From a bacterium (GTDB taxonomy: Bacteria; Bacillota; Clostridia; TANB77; RGIG9151), in assembly GCA_963635575.1 (NCBI GenBank), contig CAVHFU010000023.1, positions 1 through 22,292 of the forward strand: DNA of 22,292 nucleotides, read 5' to 3'. The position numbers and the translations under genes are program-made. Under the pieces are notes generated by a model. That model was given only the letters and a program-made list of their open reading frames with translations. It was not told the DNA's origin and did no database searches. Below are positions 1 through 7,578 of the stretch, piece by piece (within the stretch, counting starts at the first letter, position 1; each line of letters begins with the position of its first letter).

Positions 1-56
1 ATACAGTAATTTAAACTGTTCGAAAAATTGTGTCTAAAAACTTGACATAAATCCAG

Positions 57-85
57 TTGACCATAATCAAAAAATATGATATACT
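57..85 (+). promoter_or_regulatory. sigma-A-type promoter for the small membrane protein gene
   Basis: TTGACC (57-62), 17-nt spacer, TGa-TATACT extended -10 (80-85), about 55 nt upstream of ATG 142. Confidence 0.4.
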
Positions 86-141
86 TACTTCGTTAGATTA
101 ATATTAAAAGAATCCAAAATTTATTTATTATGGAGGAAACC

Positions 142-369
142 ATGCTTAGTATTTTTACACTCAGTGTTCTCACAATTTTATTAATTGCGTTAGTTTACAT
201 TGTTATTAACATAACCATGTTTCGTTTGTTAAGAATTATATCAGTTTGCGTTTTTGTTGCAGCATTGGCACTTTTTATAAGTGTTCTTGTAGATGCAATT
301 GCCACAACAGTAGCCGTGTTATGTACGGGAATTTTATTTGTGTACATAATTGTGCTAATAATGATTTGA
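142..369 (+). CDS. small hydrophobic membrane protein (75 aa), unknown function
   Basis: ORF track 130..369. GGAGG at 132-136 overlaps the first ATG, so ATG 142 is the likelier start. The product is almost entirely hydrophobic (2-3 TM segments). A terminator follows directly. Confidence 0.5.
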   Translation: MLSIFTLSVLTILLIALVYIVINITMFRLLRIISVCVFVAALALFISVLVDAIATTVAVLCTGILFVYIIVLIMI

Positions 370-372
370 GCC

Positions 373-419
373 AAAAAATGATTTGAATCTTTTTTAGGTT
401 CAAATCATTTTTTGTTTTT
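373..419. terminator. bidirectional rho-independent terminator
   Basis: 11-bp stem AATGATTTGAA (377-387) / TTCAAATCATT (399-409) with an A-run before and a T-run after. It lies between convergent genes. Confidence 0.7.
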
Positions 420-436
420 ATCTTAACCTTTTTTAT

Positions 437-1375
437 TTATAATTCACCTTCTGACGTCCAAACTGAAAATGTATAATATACATTTTGAAGTTCTCTCTGA
501 TAACTAATAAATTTTGAATAATCGCCTAATTCAACATCAGTATTTACCCTACTACATAAGTCAATTAAATTATCCATTGTGCTAATTAATTGATTATACT
601 CTCCCTTTTTATTATATCCTTCTAGAGTAATTTTTGTTGAATTAATAAAATCCATCTCAATTTTCTCAGGTTTCTCCAATTCATAGTAATTGTAAAATAC
701 AGACGCATCTGCACTCATTATGCTATTATATATCTGACTTACCACTCCATTTTCTGCCAAAAGGTTATATTGTTTTATCGCAGCGGACAGTTTGTCAACA
801 TCTGCCTTGTTTACTGTTACGTTATTTAATCTCACGCCATATTCATATCCAAAGTCATCTACAAAGTTTCCTGTTTCTAATGTGCCAACTACTGTAACAG
901 GTTGATCAGTGAACTTAATCTTGCTTTTATTACCGGCATAAATAGCCAATGTGTTGCTTATTTCAGATGTCCCAGGCACGCAAAATGGGCAACTTTGATA
1001 CGGCATATTCATCAAATAAGCAAATTCGCCATTTAATGGTGATAAGGTAGAAATATATCCCGTAATAGACACCTGTTTTCCATTTAACGCATTAATTGTT
1101 TCATTTGAATTTGTATTTTTAAACTTTAATACTGTAATCTCATTATCACCTTCTTTAGAGATACTTACATTCTTATCTTCTTTTACATTAATAATAGGTG
1201 ATTGCTGTTCTTTGACTTCATCCTCATTTTTAGTTTCTTGATTATCACTTACCTTTACTTCCTCGCCTTTATTATCTTGCAAAACAGTTGGACTTTGCTC
1301 CGGCCCTGATTTAGTATCATTTTGGGCACACCCCACCAGGCAAAGTAAACAAATTATGAATAAAAGTTTTTTCAT
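437..1375 (-). CDS. lipoprotein, last gene of the MacB-type ABC operon (DUF3299-like core plus helical C-terminal half)
   Basis: MKKLLFIICLLCLVGC signal peptide with an LVGC lipobox. GAGGAG SD upstream, 19 nt after the permease stop. The segment GEFAYLMNMPYQSCPFCVPG resembles, from memory, the DUF3299 signature (xFLLVPYxGACxHxPPP). Confidence 0.75.
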   Translation of the reverse strand: MKKLLFIICLLCLVGCAQNDTKSGPEQSPTVLQDNKGEEVKVSDNQETKNEDEVKEQQSPIINVKEDKNVSISKEGDNEITVLKFKNTNSNETINALNGKQVSITGYISTLSPLNGEFAYLMNMPYQSCPFCVPGTSEISNTLAIYAGNKSKIKFTDQPVTVVGTLETGNFVDDFGYEYGVRLNNVTVNKADVDKLSAAIKQYNLLAENGVVSQIYNSIMSADASVFYNYYELEKPEKIEMDFINSTKITLEGYNKKGEYNQLISTMDNLIDLCSRVNTDVELGDYSKFISYQRELQNVYYTFSVWTSEGEL

Positions 1376-1394
1376 CTATTTCACTCCTCGTATC

Positions 1395-2585
1395 TTAATC
1401 ATTAATTGGGTCTCTACTAAAAGATTTCAAATTTGCAATAAATGATGGTATCAAACTAGCAATAATAATTCCCACAATTATTGCAATTTCCTCATTATAG
1501 AACTTCAAACAATTAATAACAATTCCCATCCCAGATGTAAATTCATTTACCGCAAGTAACAATAACCTGCAAAGCATCAGCGATAAGAGAATTGAAACCA
1601 ATGTAACAGTTAAATTTTGAATAACCAAAATTCCATTAATCTTACCTTTAGAAATACCAAGCAATCGCATTAACTTTATATCTTTTTTAGCATCATACAT
1701 ATTAAGTACAGCAATTATATAAATAATCAAAAATGCCATAATTCCTATGACAAAACATAGTACATATACAATTTGTTTACTTAAATCTATGTTTTCCATT
1801 ATTTCTCTTACAACAGTTGTCGGATTTATAGCTTGAACACCTGAAATCTTATTTAGTTCTGAAGATAAATTTGCTTGGAATCCCGGATTTTTAGTTTTTA
1901 GTAAAATCGCCGTAACTCCACCTTTCTCTTCTTCATTATGTTCCTCTTCATGATTTTCAGCTTCGTTTTCATCATGATGCTCATGAACATGCCATACATC
2001 TTCGATATTTATAAACACAACATTATCATAAGCTGTATTTGTCTTGGCTAAAACCCCTGAAACCGTATAAGGCTCATTATGCTGATGTCCTGTCTCTCCA
2101 CTTTCAGAAATCCCGTGAGAACTTAAAAAGGTATCTCCAACATTAAGCTTATTTTCCTTAGCAACATTGTATCCTAAAACTGCCTCAAATTTATTTTCAA
2201 AAAGCTTTCCATCTTTTAACTTATAATTTTTTAGATATCTTGACTCTGTTCCTATAAGTTTTGCTCCCTTAAAACTATCTCCCATAGCGAAAGGAATTGC
2301 ATCATTTACCCTATAATCTTTTTTTAATTTTTCATAATTTTCATACTCTATAGTCCCAACGGGTGAACCGGTAAAAAACAAAGTATTTAGTGCCAGTTGT
2401 GTTTCGCTTCCGCTAGGTCCTACTAAAGTATCATAATATGTAACTGTCGTGATAATCCCATCTTCAACTTGCTTTGAAATGTTAAAAGCAAGCAATCCTA
2501 TTGTTGTAGCCATTATTATAGAAATAGCCGACAAAATTGCTTTAGACTTTCTTGTCCATAAATTCTTCAGTGCAAAGTTAAACAT
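1395..2585 (-). CDS. ABC transporter permease, FtsX/MacB type, with a His/Glu-rich extracytoplasmic insertion
   Basis: Topology is TM1, a ~230-aa external domain, then 3 C-terminal TMs. I moved the start from the ORF-track 2639 to ATG 2583-2585 (MFNFALKNLW...). That ATG has GGAGG (2594-2598) 8 nt upstream and an 8-nt overlap with the ATPase stop (ATGTTTAA). Confidence 0.85.
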   Translation of the reverse strand: MFNFALKNLWTRKSKAILSAISIIMATTIGLLAFNISKQVEDGIITTVTYYDTLVGPSGSETQLALNTLFFTGSPVGTIEYENYEKLKKDYRVNDAIPFAMGDSFKGAKLIGTESRYLKNYKLKDGKLFENKFEAVLGYNVAKENKLNVGDTFLSSHGISESGETGHQHNEPYTVSGVLAKTNTAYDNVVFINIEDVWHVHEHHDENEAENHEEEHNEEEKGGVTAILLKTKNPGFQANLSSELNKISGVQAINPTTVVREIMENIDLSKQIVYVLCFVIGIMAFLIIYIIAVLNMYDAKKDIKLMRLLGISKGKINGILVIQNLTVTLVSILLSLMLCRLLLLAVNEFTSGMGIVINCLKFYNEEIAIIVGIIIASLIPSFIANLKSFSRDPIND

Positions 2586-3234
2586 TTTCGTTACCTCCTT
2601 CTTTAACAAGCATATCTTCGAAATGTACCGCCTCGTCAAAATACTTAACTAGCCTATCATCATGAGTTACAACAATCATAGTATTAGAAAACTTCTTTCC
2701 GGCATTCATAAGCAGTTCAACAACCCTCTTGCCATTTTCAAAATTCAAATTACCGGTAGGTTCATCAGCAATTATAATCTTAGGTTGCTTTATCAATGCT
2801 CTTGCAATAGCAACTCTCTGCCTTTCTCCGCCTGACAGATGTTTTACTTTGTTTTTTCGCTTTCCTCTTATTCCAACACTTTCTAATACCTCGTCAATTG
2901 ATAGGCAATCCACATCACCTAATTTTAATAAATTCAAGTTATCTTCAACTGTCATATCATCTATTAATTTAAAATCTTGAAAAATGTATCCAATATTTCT
3001 TAGTCTATATGCATCTTTTTCTTGTTGAGTAAGCTTTGAAATTTCAGTGTCATCAATCAACACACTACCGGTTGTAGGTGTTATAACACCTGTAATCATA
3101 TTAAGCATAGTAGACTTTCCACATCCCGAAGGCCCTAATAATACATAAGATGTCTTATCCTTAAATACAGTATTCTTTATTTTTATATTACACTCTTCAT
3201 CAAATTTCTTTGACAAATTATTGATTTTAATCAT
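2578..3234 (-). CDS. ABC transporter ATP-binding protein (MacB/LolD-like)
   Basis: Walker A GPSGCGKST, signature LSGGERQR, Walker B IIIADEPT, H-loop VTHD. SD AGAGGGA upstream. Confidence 0.92.
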   Translation of the reverse strand: MIKINNLSKKFDEECNIKIKNTVFKDKTSYVLLGPSGCGKSTMLNMITGVITPTTGSVLIDDTEISKLTQQEKDAYRLRNIGYIFQDFKLIDDMTVEDNLNLLKLGDVDCLSIDEVLESVGIRGKRKNKVKHLSGGERQRVAIARALIKQPKIIIADEPTGNLNFENGKRVVELLMNAGKKFSNTMIVVTHDDRLVKYFDEAVHFEDMLVKEGGNENV

Positions 3235-3319
3235 ATATAAATTCCCTCTTTTCGCTTATTTTTTGTACGACAAAAAGACATTCTGAAAATACAGAACATC
3301 TATCATAAAAAAGAGAGAA

Positions 3320-3613
3320 CTATTCCGAAATCTTTACTTTTAATTCAATTGGAGTTAAATGATAATAGAAAACAACATTATTTTTTAAATACCTAATAGA
3401 ATCAATAATGACTTTAGAAAAAATAAATAATAAAGCTAAAATTAGTAAATTGCTAAAAATATTTTTTGCCAAGTTTATTTCATAACAAATAGTACATCCT
3501 TCTCCTATACACTCATGAGTAGTTGAACAAAAGATTAATGCACTAGTTAAAACTATTGATAATATAAATAATACTAAAAGTACCTTTGACAAAAAACTTC
3601 TATTTCTTAGCAT
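3320..3613 (-). CDS. small two-TM membrane protein with an H-x-C-x4-C-x2-C loop, first gene of the ABC operon
   Basis: ORF track 3320..3634 starts at a TTG that lies inside the -10 box. ATG 3613 (MLRNRSF...) has AAAGGAG 8 nt upstream. Two hydrophobic helices flank TTHECIGEGCTICYE. Confidence 0.6.
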   Translation of the reverse strand: MLRNRSFLSKVLLVLFILSIVLTSALIFCSTTHECIGEGCTICYEINLAKNIFSNLLILALLFIFSKVIIDSIRYLKNNVVFYYHLTPIELKVKISE

Positions 3614-3633
3614 TTCACAAACTCCTTTACTCA

Positions 3634-3662
3634 ATTTTATTATTTAAAATTTGCGATGTCAA
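3634..3662 (-). promoter_or_regulatory. sigma-A promoter of the 4-gene ABC operon
   Basis: On the minus strand: TTGACA (3657-3662), 17-nt spacer, TAAAAT (3634-3639). Confidence 0.55.
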
Positions 3663-3705
3663 TTTGTAATATGTGAAAATTAAGTGAAAGTTTGGATTGT
3701 AAGCT

Positions 3706-4926
3706 TTATTCAAGCTTATCCCTCTTTGGCTTAAACTTCACATCATTATTTAAATCCGTAGCCCTTGTTATACTTTTATATCCATATTTACTTCTAAGTA
3801 AATCAATAGTATCATCAATTTTCTTTTGCTTTTCATTTAGCTTATTATCAAACAATGAAAGCTGCCCCTTATCCTTCTCTTCTAATTTATCAACTCTAAC
3901 TCCGACAAGTCTTATAGGCACATTATTTTTATACATTTCATCAAGTAGCTCCCTAGCTTTTTTAGCAATATCTTGTGTGTTACAAGTAGCTATCACTAGC
4001 TTACCTTGATGTGAAAAATCTCTAAAATCTTTAGTCCTTAATTGAACATTTATACTAGATGCTTTTAATCCTTCTTTTCTAAGTCTGTATGCCACTTGCT
4101 CAACCAAAGAAAAAATTATGTCATACAGTTCCTCTTTATTATTTACATCAATCGGTAAAGTAATCGAGTTACCTATTCCCTTAGGCTTCTCTGGTAAATA
4201 AATCACTTCCGATTCATCAATTCCGTTTGCATATTCCCACATCATTTTTCCGTGTTTTCCAAACATTCTTATAAGTCTATTCTTATCTGTTTTGGCTAGT
4301 TCCCCTATAGTTCTTATTCCGATATTATTTAATTTCGGAACAGTTTTTCTACCTAGCATAAATAAATCTGAAATAGGAAGTGGCCACATTTTAGTAGTAA
4401 TTTCTTCTTTATATAAAGTATGGACTTTATCTGGTTTTGAAAAATCCGAAGCCATTTTAGCCAAAAGCTTATTGTTTGCAATTCCTACATTAACAGTAAA
4501 TTTTAGTTCTTCTCTTACACGCCTATTTATTTCGTTTGCGACCTCTTCTATTTTCCTCTTTCCTAAAAACTCAGTCATATCAAGAAAACATTCATCAACA
4601 CTAAATCTCTCTATCTTATCCGTATATTCTAAAAGCAAGTTATATAGCTTATTTGAACATTCTGCATAAAATTTATAATTACTCGGAAACAGTCTAATAT
4701 TAGGACATTTCTTCCTCGCTTGATATATTGTTTCGCCGGTTACTACTCCACACGCTTTTGCTTTCATACTTTTGGCTAAAATAATTCCCGAACGTCTTTC
4801 CTCATCACCTGCAATTGCTGATGGAATTGTTCGTATATCTATATCCCCACCATTATTTAAAATATCTATCGCAGACCAACTTAAAAAAGCATTATTCACA
4901 TCAACATGTAAAATTTTCCGTTCCAT
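3706..4926 (-). CDS. Y-family translesion DNA polymerase (ImpB/UmuC/DinB family)
   Basis: N-terminal ILHVDVNNAF (UmuC-like D-V-N rather than the DinB D-M-D). Catalytic SVDECFLDMT motif. 406 aa. GGTGG SD. An SOS box lies in its promoter. Confidence 0.9.
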   Translation of the reverse strand: MERKILHVDVNNAFLSWSAIDILNNGGDIDIRTIPSAIAGDEERRSGIILAKSMKAKACGVVTGETIYQARKKCPNIRLFPSNYKFYAECSNKLYNLLLEYTDKIERFSVDECFLDMTEFLGKRKIEEVANEINRRVREELKFTVNVGIANNKLLAKMASDFSKPDKVHTLYKEEITTKMWPLPISDLFMLGRKTVPKLNNIGIRTIGELAKTDKNRLIRMFGKHGKMMWEYANGIDESEVIYLPEKPKGIGNSITLPIDVNNKEELYDIIFSLVEQVAYRLRKEGLKASSINVQLRTKDFRDFSHQGKLVIATCNTQDIAKKARELLDEMYKNNVPIRLVGVRVDKLEEKDKGQLSLFDNKLNEKQKKIDDTIDLLRSKYGYKSITRATDLNNDVKFKPKRDKLE

Positions 4927-4943
4927 CTACACCACCTAACAGG

Positions 4944-4972
4944 ATTATAAAACATATGTTCGTCAAAGTCAA
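4944..4972 (-). promoter_or_regulatory. sigma-A promoter with an embedded LexA (Cheo/SOS) box
   Basis: On the minus strand: TTGACT (4967-4972), 17-nt spacer, TATAAT (4944-4949). The spacer/-10 region contains CGAACATATGTTTT (4949-4962), a 12/14 match to the Firmicute LexA consensus CGAACATATGTTCG. Confidence 0.8.
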
Positions 4973-4984
4973 TAAATTTGCAAC

Positions 4985-5023
4985 AAAAAAGAGACCGTAA
5001 AGGTTTAATTTTTACAGTCTCTC
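4985..5023 (-). terminator. rho-independent terminator of the trpS-DUF362 operon
   Basis: Minus strand GAGACTGTAAA / TTTACGGTCTC stem (one mismatch) followed by TTTTTT (plus 4985-4990). Confidence 0.7.
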
Positions 5024-5037
5024 TTCCAAATACATTA

Positions 5038-5928
5038 TTAATCTAAATTTATAAGTTCATACTCTTTTGTACCAAACCCAAGCTCCACTGCACTATCAAT
5101 TGTATGTGTACCATGTCTTGAATTAACTCGCTCTAAGAAATGTTCCTTTCCCGGGTCTGTACTATTTTTTACTAAATCTATACAAGCTTGGTCAATAGCA
5201 ATAGGGTCTAATGATGCAAGTATTCCAATATCTTTCATACAAGGATCTTCAGCAACAGCACAACAGTCGCAATCCACACTCATATTACACATAACATTGA
5301 CAAAAGCCATTCCACCCTTATCATCAAAATACTTAACGACTGATTCAGCAGCGTCTGCCATTGATTCTAAGAACTTATCTTGCTCAGGTAGATTGTCCCA
5401 AAGCTTTTCTTGGTCTTTCTCTTTTCCGGCAGAATGAATCCATGCCTTTCCGGCTGATGAACCACAGCCAATTGACAATTGTTTTAACGCACCGCCATAT
5501 CCCCCCATAGGATGACCTTTAAAATGCGATAAAACTAACATTGAATCATATTTAGCCATATTCTTTCCTACATAATTTTCCTTTAATATATGTCCATTTT
5601 CTATCGGTAAAACCATATCAGGTCCTACCTCATCCATAAGGTCAACTGTGAAGCATTTACTCCAACCATTTTCTTTAAGTAACTTTAAATGTTTTTCAGA
5701 AGAATTTCTCTCTCCACCATAAGCAGTATTACATTCAACAATTGTGCCATTTACATATTCAACCATTGGTTTCATGAATTCAGGTTTAAGATAATTTTGA
5801 TTTCCTTTCTCTCCAGAGTGAACCTTTACAGCAACTTTTCCAGGTAATTTCTTACCTAAAGCAAGATATGCCTTAATAACATTTTCAGGAGTAATCTCCT
5901 TTATAAAATAAACTTTTGCCTTTTCCAT
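5038..5928 (-). CDS. DUF362 domain protein (COG2768-type uncharacterised Fe-S protein)
   Basis: VYFIKEI...VAVKVHSGE N-terminus and the Cys cluster CNMSVDCDCCAVAEDPC are typical of DUF362. SD AAGGAGAGG. It starts 44 nt after the trpS stop. Confidence 0.75.
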   Translation of the reverse strand: MEKAKVYFIKEITPENVIKAYLALGKKLPGKVAVKVHSGEKGNQNYLKPEFMKPMVEYVNGTIVECNTAYGGERNSSEKHLKLLKENGWSKCFTVDLMDEVGPDMVLPIENGHILKENYVGKNMAKYDSMLVLSHFKGHPMGGYGGALKQLSIGCGSSAGKAWIHSAGKEKDQEKLWDNLPEQDKFLESMADAAESVVKYFDDKGGMAFVNVMCNMSVDCDCCAVAEDPCMKDIGILASLDPIAIDQACIDLVKNSTDPGKEHFLERVNSRHGTHTIDSAVELGFGTKEYELINLD

Positions 5929-5972
5929 AAAACAATCCTCTCCTTTTTATAGTATACCTCATTAATTAATAA

Positions 5973-7034
5973 CTATTTCAAAAGATTTTTATCATTAAAG
6001 TAATCTATACGCATTGAATGACGAACATTATTTAATGTTTCAGCCGCAACTTTCTCAGCCTTTTCGCTTCCTTCACGTAATATTTCATAAACTTCAGGTA
6101 TGCGTTTTTCCCACTCTTTCCTACTTTCTCTAATTGGACGTAACTCTTCTTGGATAACATTATTTAAAAATTTCTTTACAGTTACATCGCCAAGACCACC
6201 TCTTTGATAATGAGCCTTAAGTTCAGCAAGATTAGCATATTCAGGTAAAAATTCAGCAAAATGTTCGTCTTGACAAAACGCATCTAAATATATAAATACA
6301 GGATTTCCTTCTGTATGTCCGGGATCATCTTTTCTTAAATGAGTAGGGTCTGTAAACATAGACATAATCTTCTTTTGAATGTCCTCCGGTTCATCGGATA
6401 AGTAAATACAGTTTCCAAGAGATTTACTCATCTTCGCCTTTCCGTCGATTCCAGGCAAACGTAAACAAGCTTGGTTTGAAGGCAAAACAATTTTAGGTTC
6501 TACCAAAGTTTCACCATAAACCTCATTAAATTTATGTACAATCTCACGAGTTTGCTCTATCATAGGCATTTGGTCCTCACCAACCGGCACATCAGTAGCA
6601 CAAAATGCTGTAATGTCAGCAGCCTGGCTAATTGGATAACAAAAAAATCCAACAGGAATACTAGCCTCAAAATTTCTCATCTTTATTTCTGATTTTACTG
6701 TTGGATTACGTTGAACACGTGAAACAGTAACCAAATTCATATAATAAAATGTTAATTCAGTTAATTCCGGAACCATTGACTGAATAAAAATACATGTTCT
6801 TTTAGGGTCAATTCCACAAGCAAGGTAATCTAGTGCCACTTGCATAATGTTTTGACGCACTTTTTCAGGATGCTCAGCATTATCAGTTAAAGCCTGAGCA
6901 TCAGCAATCATAATATATATATCATCATAACTACCGGAATTTTGTAACTTAACTCTTTCTCTTAATGAACCAACATAGTGGCCAACATGTAGTCTACCTG
7001 TCGGACGGTCACCGGTCAAAATTACTTTCTTCAT
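5973..7034 (-). CDS. trpS: tryptophan--tRNA ligase
   Basis: Class I motifs HVGH (TGRLHVGHYVG) and KMSKS, with TrpRS size. The ORF-track start 7049 is a TTG inside the SD. ATG 7032-7034 follows GGGAGGAAG. Confidence 0.88.
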   Translation of the reverse strand: MKKVILTGDRPTGRLHVGHYVGSLRERVKLQNSGSYDDIYIMIADAQALTDNAEHPEKVRQNIMQVALDYLACGIDPKRTCIFIQSMVPELTELTFYYMNLVTVSRVQRNPTVKSEIKMRNFEASIPVGFFCYPISQAADITAFCATDVPVGEDQMPMIEQTREIVHKFNEVYGETLVEPKIVLPSNQACLRLPGIDGKAKMSKSLGNCIYLSDEPEDIQKKIMSMFTDPTHLRKDDPGHTEGNPVFIYLDAFCQDEHFAEFLPEYANLAELKAHYQRGGLGDVTVKKFLNNVIQEELRPIRESRKEWEKRIPEVYEILREGSEKAEKVAAETLNNVRHSMRIDYFNDKNLLK

Positions 7035-7071
7035 AAAACTTCCTCCCAACTACACAAAAACTCATGGATAT

Positions 7072-7100
7072 ATTATATGTTTTAATGTAGTTACTGTCAA
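7072..7100 (-). promoter_or_regulatory. consensus sigma-A promoter of trpS
   Basis: On the minus strand: TTGACA (7095-7100), 17-nt spacer, TATAAT (7072-7077). The leader is only ~35 nt. Confidence 0.7.
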
Positions 7101-7165
7101 TATTTAACTAAGTGCAATAATCCTAGATTTATAGTCAAAAGGCTACATATATATTTTCACTAGCT

Positions 7166-7217
7166 TAAGAAAAAAACAAACAAGAAACCCATAAAAATAA
7201 GGATTTCTTGTTTGTTT
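7166..7217 (-). terminator. rho-independent terminator of ssrA
   Basis: 17-bp stem AAACAAACAAGAAATCC / GGGTTTCTTGTTTGTTT (one mismatch) followed by a T-run on the minus strand, immediately 3' of the tmRNA CCA end. Confidence 0.8.
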
Positions 7218-7221
7218 CTTT

Positions 7222-7573
7222 TGGTGGAGGCGAGGAGAATCGAACTCCTGTCCATAAACCTATCCATATAAGCTTCTCCGAGTGCAGTTTGTAGTTTTAC
7301 ATTCCCTCTGCTATTCGCCTACAAACAGGCTAATAGTTTTAGTAGCTTCATAAAATACCCCTCAACTCAAAGCTTTGTTGACTTCGTGGTCACCTGTCGA
7401 CGCCGAACTCTAAGCCGGTGACACTCTTAGGTCGACGTAGCCGCGCTTAGGCAGCTAAAGCTAATTCATTATTATTAGCGTTTAATTTTAATTTCCCGCT
7501 TTTTTAAGTGGCCAGCAGGACCCACTACTCGCTACCTATACTTCAAAATAAATGTCGATACCTTTACGCCCCC
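7222..7573 (-). ncRNA. ssrA: tmRNA (SsrA), 352 nt
   Basis: On the minus strand the 5' end is GGGGGCGTAAAGGTATCGACA and the 3' end is GGACAGGAGTTCGATTCTCCTCGCCTCCACCA (tRNA-Ala-like T-arm, acceptor and CCA). Internal tag ORF GCT AAT AAT AAT GAA TTA GCT TTA GCT GCC TAA gives ANNNELALAA. Confidence 0.97.
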
Positions 7574-7578
7574 ATATT

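Noticed and set aside
3235-3319. Short AT-rich hairpins (TTCTG/CAGAA and TTTTTGT/ACAAAAA) between the mini-protein gene and the ABC ATPase, as a possible attenuator
   Set aside because: The stems are only 5-7 bp and mostly A-T, and no U-tract follows on the transcribed strand. They are unlikely to terminate transcription.
2449-4669. Plus-strand ORFs 2449..2652, 2729..2980, 3692..4009 and 4292..4669 from the ORF track
   Set aside because: Each lies entirely antisense to a well-supported minus-strand gene (ABC permease, ABC ATPase, Y-family polymerase). They have no SD, and their Ser/Leu/Phe-rich low-complexity translations are typical of antisense frames in AT-rich DNA.
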